A DNA stretch of 64,000 bases, taken from the NCBI RefSeq assembly GCF_009914755.1, contig NC_060941.1; one strand, written 5' to 3'. Position 1 is the stretch's first letter. Every line of letters starts with the position of its first letter. Under the pieces are notes generated by a model. That model did not search any database. It was given only the letters and a program-made list of their open reading frames with translations, and was not told the origin of the DNA. Source of the DNA: the human T2T-CHM13v2.0 reference genome, Homo sapiens. This document shows positions 50,491-63,070 of the stretch, one piece after another. Position numbers and translations under genes: made by a program.

Positions 50491-51054
50491 TGTAGTTAGT
50501 AATTATATATTGCTATGCAACAAATAGCCCCAAAATTTTGTGGCTTAAAAAACTCACCATGTATTATCTCAGAGTTTCTGTGCAATCCAGGAATCCAGAA
50601 ATGGCTTAGTTTGGTGCCTCTGCCTCAAGGTCTCTCACAAGGCTGTAGAGTGTCTCCCAGGGCTGAAGACTCAACATGGGACTTCTGTGGTTGTTAGTGG
50701 AATTCAGTTTCTTGAGGACTGTTGAAATCCTCACTCGGCTGGGAGCCAACAAGTCCTCTGCCGCTAGGACCTCTCCACAGGGCAGCTCATAAAAGGGCAA
50801 CTGGCTTTACTCAGAATGCGTCAGAGCGCACGGGACAGCATGCAAGACGAGAGCCTCAGTCTCTTTGGAACACAGAGACAGGCTCTTTGAGTCTGTTTGT
50901 CATCTCAGAGGTAATATCTATCACTTTTGCCATATTTTCTTCATTAGAAGCATGGCACTCAAGGCTAACCCACACTCAAGGGGCAGGGATTACATAAGTG
51001 CTTGAATACAGGAGGAAGAGATCACTGGAGCTGTCTGAGAGGCTGCCTGCTGCA
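50491..51054 (-). mobile_element. MLT1 (F/G/H-like) MaLR solo LTR
   Basis: tattgctatgcaacaaatagccccaaaattttgtggcttaaaa...caggaatccagaaatggcttag...cccacactcaaggggcaggg. Confidence 0.8.
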
Positions 51055-51679
51055 TGCTGCTTTCTCCAGGATGGAGCAGCTGGCAGACAGAGAAAGAGGG
51101 AGGAAATTGTATAGCCTCCACAACATCTCTAACAAGTCTTCCTTAATCTTCTCCTAACAATGTCCCAGATTCTGATTTGCTGCTCAGAATATGAGAGCTG
51201 AAATGGACTTTAGAAGTTATCTTGTCCACTATCCTTATTTTATAGATGATGAAAAATACATAGAAGGGGTGTATGGCCTTCCAGAAGGGATAAGATTATT
51301 TGCAGAATGGGACCTAGAACTCAGGTCACCTGCTTTTTCCAAGTGAACTTCATCCTTCTACTCTCTCCCACCTACTGTCTTCCTGATCTTTTACAACTTG
51401 ATCAGCATTGGTCATTTTATAGAAATTATTCTCTCAAAGGTCACCTAAAAACATCTTGGTCAAGCATTCAATCATGAGTTACTTTTTGAGTTCTCACCTC
51501 TTTTGGCTTCCATGAGACCACAGAGGTCTGGTCCTGGCTTCTCTTAGTCCTCCCCCTGCACTAAGCAAAAAGTTTTTTACAATATCCCAGAGACTCAGTT
51601 CTTTGCCTTTGCCCTTTTCCTGACATCTAAGTCCTTGATGGACTTATGTGGTCTCAGGACTTTGACGATCACCTCTCCT

Positions 51680-51768
51680 TGCCTTGACCTTGAGTTGCAC
51701 TCAATTCCCCCAATATCTAAGTGCCTTGACCTTGAGTTGCACTCAATTCCCCCAATATCTAAGTGCCT
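51680..51768 (+). repeat. Perfect 42-bp tandem duplication
   Basis: tgccttgaccttgagttgcactcaattcccccaatatctaag x2 plus tgcct. Confidence 0.98.
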
Positions 51769-51839
51769 GTTGGGCGTGTTCACTGACATGTCAATGTTAA
51801 TCATATATAAACTCATCCATGTTAGTATGAAGACCTCCA

Positions 51840-52065
51840 ACTATCATTTATTGAACTCATATATGTGCCAGGTCCTATGTTAAGTGCTTTAATTATATTT
51901 TCTTATTTAATCCTTCCAAGAACACTCTACAGTAAATAATAATCACATTTTGTAGATGAGAAAACTAGGCTTAGAGAGGTTAAAGTGACTTGTAGGATAT
52001 CCTATAACTTACAACTGATCCATGTTCTTTTGATTCCAAAATTTTTGCTTTTAAGCACTGTACTC
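51840..52065 (-). mobile_element. MIR SINE
   Basis: catttattgaactcatatatgtgccagg...cacattttgtagatgagaaaactaggcttagagaggttaa. Confidence 0.85.
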
Positions 52066-52244
52066 ATGATCTCCCCAAAACCGCTCCTCTGGTCTGTCTT
52101 ATTTCTGTTTCTGTTTTGCCCTTCGCCAATGGATTCAAAATCTTGGAGTTTAAAACATGCTATCATGTGGAACACCTCTAACACCTCTATGTCTTTGCAT
52201 GTGTTCTTTCTGCCTGAAAGTCCCCTTTTTCTTTCTTTTCCTTT

Positions 52245-52295
52245 CTTCCTTCCTTCCTTCCTTCCTTCCTTCCTTCCTTCCTTCCTTCCTTCCTT
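52245..52295. repeat. (TTCC)n microsatellite in Alu tail
   Basis: About 12 TTCC units within a pure pyrimidine-rich tract 52221-52334. Confidence 0.95.
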
Positions 52296-52325
52296 TTCTT
52301 TCTTTCTCTGTCTCTCTTTCTTTCT

Positions 52326-52618
52326 TTTTTTTTTGACAGAGTCTTGCTCTGTTACCCAGGCTGGAGTGCAGTGGTGCGATCTTGGCCCACTGCAACCTCC
52401 ACCATCTACTGAGTTGAATAGATTCTTATGCCTCAGCTTCCCAAGTAACAAGGACTACAGGTGCCCACCACCACACCCAACTAATTTATTGTATTTTTAG
52501 TAGAGACGGGGTTTTCCCATGTTGCCCTGACTGGTCACAAACTCCTGAACTCAGGCAATCTGCCTGCTTTGGCTTCTCAAAGTGCTAGGATTAGGGGTGT
52601 GAGCCACTGCACCCGGCC
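52326..52618 (-). mobile_element. Alu (AluS-like)
   Basis: gacagagtcttgctctgttacccaggctggagtgcagtgg...gagccactgcacccggcc. Confidence 0.95.
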
Positions 52619-53964
52619 CCTTATCCTAATCATCAGTATGCATCTCCTCCCCTGACCTCCTCCCCTCTCTCCTGTCACCACACTGCCAAGATTATTACTT
52701 CTTCCACGGTGTCACATGGTCAAGTCACAGTGAGCTTGAAATTTGCCTCACTGGCTAGGTCTTGCACAGGAACCAAGGCATCCTAATGTTGAAATGGTGC
52801 CAGAGAATGCCCCTATGACAGTAGCTAATCCCTGAGCTATAATGGTTTGGATATCTATGGGCATTCCTCTGAACGCTATACTTTATAGAAGCAGAGACCA
52901 TAAATGTTCACCTTTGCAGCTCCTGTCCTGGCAGCAGACACATGGTAACCTAGTCATCTTTGATGCATCTCATTCCTTTAATTCCCACAGCTAATTAGTA
53001 GATAAGCCCTGCAGACTGTTCTTTGTTAGATTTTTCTTATCTCTTTCTCAATTTCAATTTCTCTAGCCCCCATCCCAAGTCTATGTCTCCTACCTCTCAT
53101 GCAGCCCATTGTAATCACTTCCAAACTCACCTCCTGGCCAGCTCCTTGCTGCCTTGTCCGGTTCATTCTGATGATTTCTATTCTATTAACATTTATTTGT
53201 ACACATTGCTTGCCTGCTCAATGGCTCCCTGGTGCCTATAAAATAAAGCCCAAGCTCCTGATCTTGGCTTTCAATAATCTTCCCAATGTACCTTAATGAC
53301 TTATCCCACCCTCCAGTCTCAGAGTCATTGTGGCACTGTATGAATGACCTGTTGTAGCCATTCACCATGGCTTTAATGCTCCTCTGAGTTCCACTTCCAT
53401 GTCATCGCTCATGCTTTTCCTTCTGTTTGGAATGCTCTTCCTTCTCCCGCCCACATATCTGAACTGTACCGTGTGTTCACATCCCAGCTTAATCCTCACT
53501 TCTCCACCAGCCTTCTCTAACCACCTGAGCCATAGCAACTTTCCTCATCCAGTGTAGGAGAAAAAGCTTGAACCACACTATCTGAGAGCTATGGATCAAC
53601 ATTTCAACCATCGACTAGTTGTGCTGCTTTGGGAAAGTTATATAACTTCTTAGGCTTAGCAAAATGGGAATAATAAAACCTATCTCATAGGGCTGTGGAG
53701 AGGATGAAGTAGGGGAATATATGTGCTGAAAGGAAGTTCCAGTTGGTGATCTAAGTTATGGCATCCTAAGATTCAGATGGAACCAGGCACACCTGGGGGT
53801 TCATGGAGTAGACCCACAATGCCATCCTGCACCAAGAGGAAGAACTCATCATCCATGATGTCTAAGAGTCCAAGCCACTGGGCTTGACTGAGGCCATATG
53901 TTGCTGACAAGGACCAAGCATGGAATGAAGGGTCTGGGACAGGGGACCATGCTTCTCAATTTAA

Positions 53965-54160
53965 ACTCCAACACTTCTACTTAGCCATGTAATCTTGGGC
54001 AAGTTTATTCACCTCTTTATGTCTCTCTTTCCTTGTTTCCAAAGTGGGGATTAAATATGGAATCTATTTGATAGGATTAATGTGACAATAAGTGAAACAC
54101 GCATAAAGAGTTTAGCACACCTCTGGCACACTGTAAGCTTTTAATAAATGCTAACTATTA
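53965..54160 (+). mobile_element. MIR SINE
   Basis: acttagccatgtaatcttgggcaagtttattcacctct...taagcttttaataaatgctaactatt. Confidence 0.75.
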
Positions 54161-54384
54161 TGTTTTATATTGTTATTCTCCAGCCTAGTCTCTATGGAGT
54201 TTGCTACATCCCAGGGTGACAGGGCTATAAGTAAAAATGGAAAGAGATGTTTCACTAATCATCCCTGGGGGAGCCCAGTGGGAGCAGAGGGAAGCCTGCT
54301 CCTAGCATCTGTTATAGAGGGTAGTGTAGGTGAGAATGGTGCCACAGAAAACAGCCTAAAACTGGGTCACCCATCAGAAGGGGT

Positions 54385-54562
54385 AGAGCATCAGCTCTCA
54401 GCCCTGGCTGCAAGTTGGAATTTGGTGCTTTCAACAAATGCTGATACTTGGGCCTCACCACCAGAGTTTCAGATTCAAATTACTGGGCTGGGCCCACATA
54501 TGGATTTTTTTTGAAAGCCTCTCAGGTGATTCTATTGTGTAGCTAGGGTTGGAAAACACTTG
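54385..54562. mobile_element. MER5B-like hAT relic
   Basis: ctctcagccctggctgcaagttggaat...ctcaggtgattctattgtgtagctagggttggaaaacact. Confidence 0.7.
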
Positions 54563-54672
54563 GTCAAGGAAATACAGTGGTCAAGGTTAGAATAATGTGA
54601 GCAGGGTATGAGGGACAGAGAGAGAAGAGGTTCAGAGACTAGAGCAGAGCTGAGGGGACATGATCCCAGAGA

Positions 54673-54783
54673 CAGGGCTGGGACTAGGGTGAGCCAAGTG
54701 AGGCACCCAGGGAGGCAAAATTTGTGGACAGTGAGTGCCTCCTTAAGTTTTGTACCTTAGACTCCTAACTTGCTTCACCTTAG
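54673..54783. mobile_element. MER96-like palindromic hAT MITE
   Basis: cagggctgggactagggtgagccaagtgaggc...gcaaaattt / agttttgtacc...acttgcttcaccttag. Confidence 0.7.
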
Positions 54784-54924
54784 AACATTCCTGCCTAGAA
54801 ACATTCCTGGGGGCTTGCAGCAATGTCTTAAATGTTTCCCATGGATGCTGGTATTGGTTGGTCATGTCGTTTTTGAATCATATATACAAAAAGGGAAAAG
54901 ACTAAATTTCTACTCTCATTGATC

Positions 54925-55690
54925 ATACATCCATCCACCTACCCATCTGCCTATCCATCCTTTCATCCACCTACACACCCACTCATTCATTCACCCATCC
55001 ATCCACGCATCCATCCATTTTTCCATTCACCCATCCATCTATCCATCCATCCCTCCCTCCCTCCCTCCACCATCCATGCACATATCTATCCAACCTTCCA
55101 TCCACCTACCCATCCATCCACTCATCCATCATTTATAATTTCATTCATCTTTCTATCCACCCATCAATCATCCATTCTTCTACTCATCCACACATTCCCC
55201 CCCACCCACTCACCCACCCATTTACCCATCCACCCTTCCATCAACCTATCCATTCATCCATCCATCCGTCCATCCATCCATCCATCTTTCCATCTGTATT
55301 AGTCCATTTTCACACTGCTGATAAAGACATAACCGAGACGGGCAATTTACAAAAGAAAAAGGTTTAATTGGACTTACAGTTCCACATGGTGGGGGAAGCC
55401 TCACAATCATGGTGGAAGGCAAGGAGGAGCAAGTCACATCTTACATGAATGGCAGCAGGCAGAAAGATCTTGTGCAGGAAAACTCCCCCTTATAAAAATC
55501 ATCAGATTTTGTGAGACTTACTCATTATGACAAGAACAGCATAGGAAAGACCTTTCAATTACCTCTCACTGGGTCCCTCCCACAACATGTGGGAATTCGA
55601 GATGAGATTTGGGTGGAGACAGGGCCAAACCCTATCACCATCCATCTGTCCATCCATCTATTTGTCCATCCAGTCACTCCTCATTCACCC
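54925..55690. repeat. Degenerate (CCAT)n tetranucleotide array split by a THE1 LTR
   Basis: ccatccatccat... 54925-55294, resuming 55638-55690. Confidence 0.92.
55295..55637 (-). mobile_element. THE1 (A/B-like) MaLR solo LTR
   Basis: tgtattagtccattttcacactgctgataaagacata...gccaaaccctatca; perfect 5-bp TSD ccatc. Confidence 0.95.
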
Positions 55691-56419
55691 GTTTATTCAT
55701 TGAACAAAAATATATTGAGAGCCTATTATACGTAGACACCTTTGTGGGCATGTTGGGAATTCTGTCTCTGGCCTTATGATGGGGAAGACCAGAAACTTTG
55801 GAGCCAGGGTCTGGGACAGAGGGGCAAGGCAAGTGTGATTTTCCCATGAGATGCCTGGTAATTTGGAAGAAAGAGCAATGACTTTGGCACTTACCAGTTG
55901 ACGGATTTTGACCATACTTCTTAACCTCCCCAGATGCACTTTCAAAATTTATGAAATGAGAACATTAGGTGGTGGGGATGATTGAATAAGCACCTAATCA
56001 TATAAGGCCTGATTCACAGTAGATGTTTATAACAAAGGCCAGAGAAGCTGTAAATGGAATTGGAAGAACCGTCAGACTCTTGTCTTTCACTTTTTAATCA
56101 ATTGGAGGAGAATATCAGATTTTCCCTACCTAAACAGACCTCGTCATAACCAGAGAAACTTAAAACTTGAGATTAGAAGGAATGGTCATTTAGTCTCATT
56201 CCCTCATTTTACAAATAAAGAAACAGACCCAGAGAGGGGCAGTGCCTTGGCCAAGGATGTGTAGCAAGAAGCTCAGGATACTCAGTCCAAGTTCTCATTG
56301 CAGCATCCAGGAGCAGATGCACCTCTGGCTTCTGCTAAATAGAAAATCAACCTTTGTAACAATTACGGTTCTGAAACTGGAATTGTCACAATAGAGACAA
56401 GGATCAAAATATCACATTT

Positions 56420-56640
56420 CCTGAATATCTGCTATGTACTAGGCATACATAGGCCTGTTATCTCACTCAACCTTTATAAGAACGCATGAAATGAAGTATT
56501 ATGATTATTTCCTTTATTTTACCGATGTGGGAAACTGAGGCTCAAATAAATTAAGTGATTTTCTCAGGAACTTATTGCAGGGAAGTGGTGGTGCTGGGCT
56601 GGGACCTAGGTCTTTGTGACTTCAAAGCTCATACTCTCTG
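56420..56640 (-). mobile_element. MIR SINE
   Basis: tttaccgatgtgggaaactgaggctcaaataaattaagtgattttctcagg. Confidence 0.8.
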
Positions 56641-58169
56641 GGCTTTACCTCATTGCCTCACTTATAGAAGTGGCCCCCAAATAATTTATAAACATCTATG
56701 TGCCTAGGACTGTCCCTAAATCACTCATTTGAGGCTAAGGTAGAGGACTGATAGCATTTCTCATCATGGGGACATAGTTAGATCACCTGTCTAACAGTCT
56801 TTCATATAATCCTGAAAATATATCAGAAGGAACTTCAGTGATGGAGATAGGCATTGGGAAATTTACCTAGTCCACTTCTCTGCCTCCTCAAGTACCTGAA
56901 ATTCTGCCATTAGCTGTTCATTTCCTGGCTGATTTGCGGCTCTCATCCTGAATAACTAGAAGTAGGGATGAAGGCACTGTAGGTTATAATAGCTAGGCAC
57001 AAGTGAGTTTATTCTTCCCTCCCCTACCTGTTGAATTCTGACTCATCTTTCAAGGCCCAGCACAAATGTCATCAAACACTAGAACTTACAACATATTCCG
57101 AGTCATCCCTCTGTGCTGTGGGGTAGGAATACAAGGATTATTAAGGAAGCACAGGTCCTGCCTAGATTGCTCACTGCCTGGTGGGAGGCCAGCTGAGAAA
57201 ATGCACAATTACAGTGCAAGGTGGAAAAGACAACAGAGGACACAAACACAGAGGTGTTCAGAGGGGACTCCCAACCCTAAAGAGGGTGGGATCAGAGACT
57301 ATGCCTGTTGCCAAATTCCCCTGGAATACAGTTTCTCCACCCTTAGTTCTCACCTAGCACTTTGCATGACCCTGTCAAAGCACTTATCTAGGTTGGCCAT
57401 TTGTGAAGGTCCATTTCTTTGTCTGTCTTAGGATGTGAGCTCCTTTGGTAGAAGTCACTCTGCTCTGTAGTCCCTGTAACTAGCAGGGGACCTTACATGC
57501 AGCAGGTGCTCAGTAAATGACAATTGAAGGAAATAATTAGAGGAAATATGGGATGGTCTGAAGACAAGAGATTGGTGGCAGGATTAGGAAACTTAGAAGA
57601 ATGATATAGACATGTGAGGGGAGAGAAGCTGGTGGCAGCAGGTTCCTCTAAAGAACATTGGATCTACTTTTCATTTTTACTAGAACTGTCCCTGGGGATC
57701 TGGGACAGGGTAGAGGCCAAGAGATAGCCCTTGGAACCCTAGAGAAAGAGATTCTTCAGCCTCCCATCACCCCATCAGCAAAAGGTCAGTGCAACAAGAA
57801 AGCTCAGGGCATAGCTCAAGGCCTAGCTGGAGGAGCCCCATTGGGCATTTTCCATCTTCCACTTCTACAACACTTTGATTTGCTCTTCATGTTGATTGAG
57901 ATCCCAGTTTTATTGCAAATAATTAACTGCATCATATTTTAAAATCGTTCTTTAGTCGAATCTTATTCTTTTTGAGTCACAGTGATTTATATTTGCCAAA
58001 TAATGACCTTCTCAATCAGGATCATAGTGGAAAAAAAATCTTAGAGTGTGAAGTTTCACATGATGGTGGGAGCAGTGCAGGGGATGGAGGAACTACAGGG
58101 AGATGCCTCTGTCTATTCTCTTTCCTTGGTGTCCTGACACTAACCGACTCTATGTTTTTGTTTTTCCTT

Positions 58170-58380
58170 GGCTTGACCACCTTCTAACATACCATATAGT
58201 TTACTTATATACTGTGTGTATTCTTTATTGTTTATCTTCCCCTTCTACATTAGAACAAAAGCTCCAAGAAGTTAAGAATCTTTTCTATTTTGTTCACTGA
58301 TGTATCTCCAGCATTTTAGAATGGGCCCCGGAATATAGCAGGTGCCCACTAAATACTTGTTGAGTGAATTAATAAATAAA
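58170..58380 (+). mobile_element. L2a 3' end
   Basis: aagctccaagaag...tattttgttcactgatgtatctccagca...tagcaggtgcccactaaatacttgttgagtgaat. Confidence 0.8.
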
Positions 58381-58504
58381 AGAGCACGGGTTAACACAAT
58401 GTAAGTTTCAGAAGCCACCCTGGATAAAGGGAGGAGATAACTTACAAAATTTCAAGCCCATGACTTTTGGAAACCTGTTGGAACCAAGACAGCATTGGGC
58501 CTCT

Positions 58505-58695
58505 TGGTGATGATGGTAGCAGTCATTGTGGTTATGATGCTGACGATAATAGTAAAGGTGATTATGTGGTGATGGTAGTGATGGTGATGGTTATAATAAT
58601 GATGATGGGGATGATGGCAGTGATGATGGTGATGGTGGTGGTGATGATGATGATGATGATGGTGATTATGGTGATGATGGTGTTGGTGATGATGA
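58505..58695. repeat. Degenerate (GAT/GGT)n trinucleotide array
   Basis: gatggtgatgatgatg...; yields the M/V-rich spurious ORF 58467-58706. Confidence 0.92.
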
Positions 58696-60929
58696 AGAGA
58701 GAATGAACTCCCTCACCCTTGAACCTCAGAGTCTATGGAGTTTTTTCACATCATTTTCACTTTGGTCTTCACAAAATCCTTCAGAGCTAGCAGCAGTCAA
58801 CATGATTGCCACCTTTTTCAGAAACCACTAGGATTTAAAGTGATGAAGTGACTTGCCCGGGGCTACACAGCCATTGAAGACAGAACCAAGATGGCAACTC
58901 AAGTCTTATTGTCCAGAAGAAGCTACCATTTACTGATTTCCTCTTGTGTGCTAGGCATGCTGCAAAGGGCCTTGTTTTCCTCTTTTCTGGGAATTTGGGA
59001 GTCATAGACTGGGACATATCATCACAGATACCTTGGAAGTGATTTAGGTTCAGATAGTGATGCTGCCATTTTGTGGTGGCCATTTTCTACTCTGTATCCA
59101 GAGAAGCAGAGAAAAGAAGGCTGGAGGGAGAGAGAAGAATACCATATAGAGATGAGCAAAGAGGAAGGATCAGATGGTCCCAGGGAAAGAAATATGGGGT
59201 TGGAGGTGCTGTGGTTTCTGATGCTTTCCTGGGCCTTGAGTTCTGTCCTTCATGAGGCCCTTCTTTCTCTACTGCCCCTGGGCTCTACTTATAAATCCAA
59301 CTTCACCCAAGATGGCATTACAAGGAATATGTTCACTTCAAACAAAGGATCTCTGACAACCTGTTTGCTTAGCCCTTAAGAAATCAACCAGACAAGACTC
59401 CTTTGCTGGAGGATAGCCAAAGGCACACTGGGGTGAGGGACGATCAGGAGGAGGGCTTGTCCTTGCAATTCCCAGTGATTACATCCCCCTTCCCCCTCTG
59501 TCTCCCTCTTCTACACTCTCTCCTGACCCAGACCAACCCACTCTTCATCCTTGGGTGGTGTTGGGAACAACAACAAAAAATCTCCGATGAACCATCTAAA
59601 TCCCAGTATGGCCTGTTCCCCACAGCATGCTGGCCACCATATGCAGGCATAGTGTCCAGACCTCATCAGTCACTATGAATCAGCTTCTGCTTTCAGTGTG
59701 GTCACAGTTTTGTGATGCCCCTTCCCCTTAATCTCATCATAAGCATCCTTTTCCCAGCCTCCTGGCATTTCTGATGGGAGAGAAAGCCACAGGCAGAAAG
59801 CCTTGCCCAAGAGTTAGCTCTCCTAAAAGGAGCGTGTGTGTGTTTGTGTGTGTGTGCACCATGGTAGTGGTGGGCAGGACCACACCGTCTCTGGGTTCAG
59901 TGTGGCCACCATTCCACCCTACATAGCACTTAAAACCTCATTTCTTTGGGGAATAGAAAAGTGAACTCTGCAGACAAGCCTGGGACCCTATCTGTCTCAT
60001 TAGTTAACTTCCCAAGAAATTTCTCTGAGAAGGTAACAAAATAAGCAGACCTGGGTTACCATAGAGACCTGTCTGCACAGGCCTGGGCCAGATGTCTGTT
60101 CTGGACCATACATTATTAATTTCTTCCTTGCCAGTGAGGAGGCTGGTCTGGGTTAAAACTGCAAACCACTAAATTTGGTTTCCCCACCAATTTCTCTCTT
60201 TTCTCCTCAAACTGCAAAGTCATCTTGAGGTAGGATATATGGAAGGGACCTGTGAGATGGGGGACAACTGATTGGCTGAGGTTCTCTGTGTGTGAGGTGC
60301 CAGACTCCATGCTCCACCTATGTGTCCTTGTTGAAGATCTCATTATAAGGAAGAAGCAGTGCTCAGGGAATCTGTCAGGGTCTAAAATTTCAACAATGTG
60401 GACTGTCTTCAGACCAGTCTTCTGGTATGGGAAGACCAAGCAAAAAGAAGTGAGCTTAGAGGACAGTAGAAATGAGTTTGAGGGGAAGGAGCTAAAGAGA
60501 AATGTGGAGGGTGAATGTTGGCTGGAGTAGATTTGTGTCATTTGTGAGTGTTGATGACCTCTCCGACTCTACTCCCTTCTTGAAGTATACCTGATAATAG
60601 GGAGATTTATGAGCCAGAAATCTCTCTTTTGGGAAAAACTGGAGCTTCTATTCTGAGAGCTGAAAAGGATCTAGCATCTTCTTAGAACCATGCAAGCAGC
60701 ATACAATCAGGACTTAAAAAAAGATCATTTATTACCATTTGATTCCATTCCAAGGCCTATTCTATGCAAACCACTGTCCAGGGGCTGAGAATTCAAGTTG
60801 TTCATATCTTCCCTTTCACCTGTCCTCACTGTTGACTCTTTCTGGTTCCTACCTGCCCCCTATCCCTGCCACCCCTGCCACCCCTGCCAGCCTCTCTATT
60901 ACAAACAGGCATCTCTGTTTTCAAACTGC

Positions 60930-61340
60930 CTATAGGTTGAGTTGTGATGGTTTGGCAACAGTTTGGTGACAAACACTTCCAAAATCTCAGTGGATTCTCA
61001 GTGGATTAAAACAACACAGATTTATTTCTCACACTGCACCTCTAAAGCAGGTCACTGGAGAGATGCCATATCGTCGTCACTCAGGGGCCCAGGCTGACAG
61101 AGAGTTGGCCATGTGAATGACATCGCCGTCTCAACACTCTAACAGAGGAGAACACAAGGGGAATCACATGCCAGCCTTGAAGTGCTTCCATCCGGGAGAG
61201 CCACCTGTCACTTCCACTCTTATTTAACTGGCCAAAGGAAGTCACACAGACATGCCTAACTCCATAAGGCTAAAAAAGCATAATCTTCCCTTGTGTTGGA
61301 AGAAGAGAACCAGAACTACTGGTAAGCACTACCAATGTGT
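60930..61340 (-). mobile_element. MLT1 (K/L-like) MaLR LTR
   Basis: aaaatctcagtggattaaaacaacacagatttatttctc...cactcaggggcccaggctgac...tggccaaaggaagtcacaca. Confidence 0.75.
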
Positions 61341-62335
61341 GCTTCGCCATCTGTAATCTACCTCCCTAATTCCTTTCTCCCCCTCTTCCCTCTCTGATCA
61401 TCAATCTGAACTCCATTCCTTGATCCCTTGCCATTGTAGTGTTAACCTCTTCCATCCCTTCCTTTGCCTCCATGCCCTTCTCCCTAACTCTGCCACCTGC
61501 TGGCTCCCCTCCTGCCCTCCTTTGTCTGTTTTCCACCCAGCCCCTGATGGTCATGCCTCCATCGCTTGGCTGCACTGGATAGATGTGATGGAATACAACC
61601 TCAGCTCTAACTCTGCAAGTTTCTCTTGCCCCTAATTGAGCTTAATGATTTATGTCTTGTAATGGACACAAATGGGCAAGAATTCCTGGATCTCATTAAT
61701 AATTTTAAGTATGCCAGAAGTAGGATTTTAAATCCTAAGCAAAAATTAAATGACCATAAAATCTTTGTTCACTTCCCAGGAGACAATCCTGTTTCAACTT
61801 GACAGCTTAATTAAATGCTGGGTAAATTGGACACAACACTTAATAAACAGGACTTGGCAGGCCTGGAAAGGAGAGAGCAGAGAGGTGAGGATGGGAGAAA
61901 ATGAAGCTCACAAAGTAACAAAAGGAAATTAAGTTATGCGAGGTCTCTCTCCCATAGTGTGACCTTTCTGGGAGCTTCAGATATGTTTAAATGACACGAA
62001 TGACCCAGAAGATTGTGAAAGAATTGATTCTCTTCTTTGACTCCAATTCCCTCCATGGCCATATTGTTCCACAAGGCAAGAAAGCTGTTGTCCAGAAATA
62101 TTCTTGGAGGTCTTTGCAAGATCTCCTTTGGATGTTTGACTCCTCCTGGACCAAGTTTCTTGCAAGCCTCAAGCCCACTGGGAAAGCTGCTGGTAGGCTG
62201 GAGCTGAGGGGTTAGATCTGAGGGGCCACACTGCATGGAGGGCTCCATGCACAGGCTCATATCTTAGTCTTCATATTTTCTTCTACTTTATGGTCTTGCC
62301 TTATCCTGGATAAGGCTTTTTGATCATGACTTTGT

Positions 62336-63070
62336 TTATTTTATTTTATTTTTTTAAGTTCCAAGGTGCCTGTGCAGGATGTGAAGGTTTTTTACATAGG
62401 TAAACATGTGCCATGGTGGTTTGCTGCACCTATCAACCCACCACCTAGGTATTAAGCCCAGCATCCATTAGCTCTTTTCCCTAATGCTCTTCCTGCCACT
62501 GTCCCTCAACATGCCCTAGTGTGTATTGTTCCCCTCCTTGTGTCCATGTGTTCTCATTGTTCAGCTTTCACTTAAAGTGAGAATATGTGGTGTTTTGTTT
62601 TCTGTTCCTGTGTTAGTTTGCTGAGGATAATGGCTTCCAGCTTCATCCATGTCCCTGAAAAGGACATGATCTCACTCCTTTTTATGGCTGTATGGTATTC
62701 CATGGTGTATATGTACCACATTGTCTTTATCTAGTCTATCATTGATGGGCTTTTGAGTTGATTCCCTGTCTTTGCTATTGTGACTAGTGTTGCAGTGAAC
62801 ATACGCGTGTACGTATCTTTATAATAGAATGATTTATATTCCTTTGGGTATATACTCAGAAATGGGATTGCTGCATCAAATGGCATTTCCAGTTCTAAAT
62901 CTTTGAGGAATCACCACAGTGTCTTCACTGATCATTAGAGAAATGCAAATCAAAATCACAGTGAGATACCATCTCATGCCAGTCAGAATGGTGATGATTA
63001 AGAAGTCAAGAAACAGCAGATGCTGCTGAGATTGTGGAGAAATAGGAACGCTTTTATACTGTTGGTGGGA
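62336..63070 (-). mobile_element. L1PA 3' end with 5' inversion (twin priming)
   Basis: Antisense L1 3' end 62336-62926, then sense-oriented ORF2 piece ctgatcattagagaaatgcaaatcaaa...gttggtggga; TSD atcatgactttgt / atcgtgactttgt. Confidence 0.93.

Noticed and set aside
51680-51768. CRISPR-like direct repeats
   Set aside because: Two abutting copies with no spacers, in a primate genome
51985-52500. Longest track ORF (171 aa) and overlapping ORFs
   Set aside because: Reads through MIR, (TTCC)n and an antisense Alu; low-complexity PSFL repeats and standard Alu peptide
54919-55302. His/Pro-rich 127-aa ORF
   Set aside because: Translation of the (CCAT)n array
58467-58706. Met/Val-rich ORF resembling a membrane segment
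   Set aside because: Translation of a (GAT/GGT)n microsatellite
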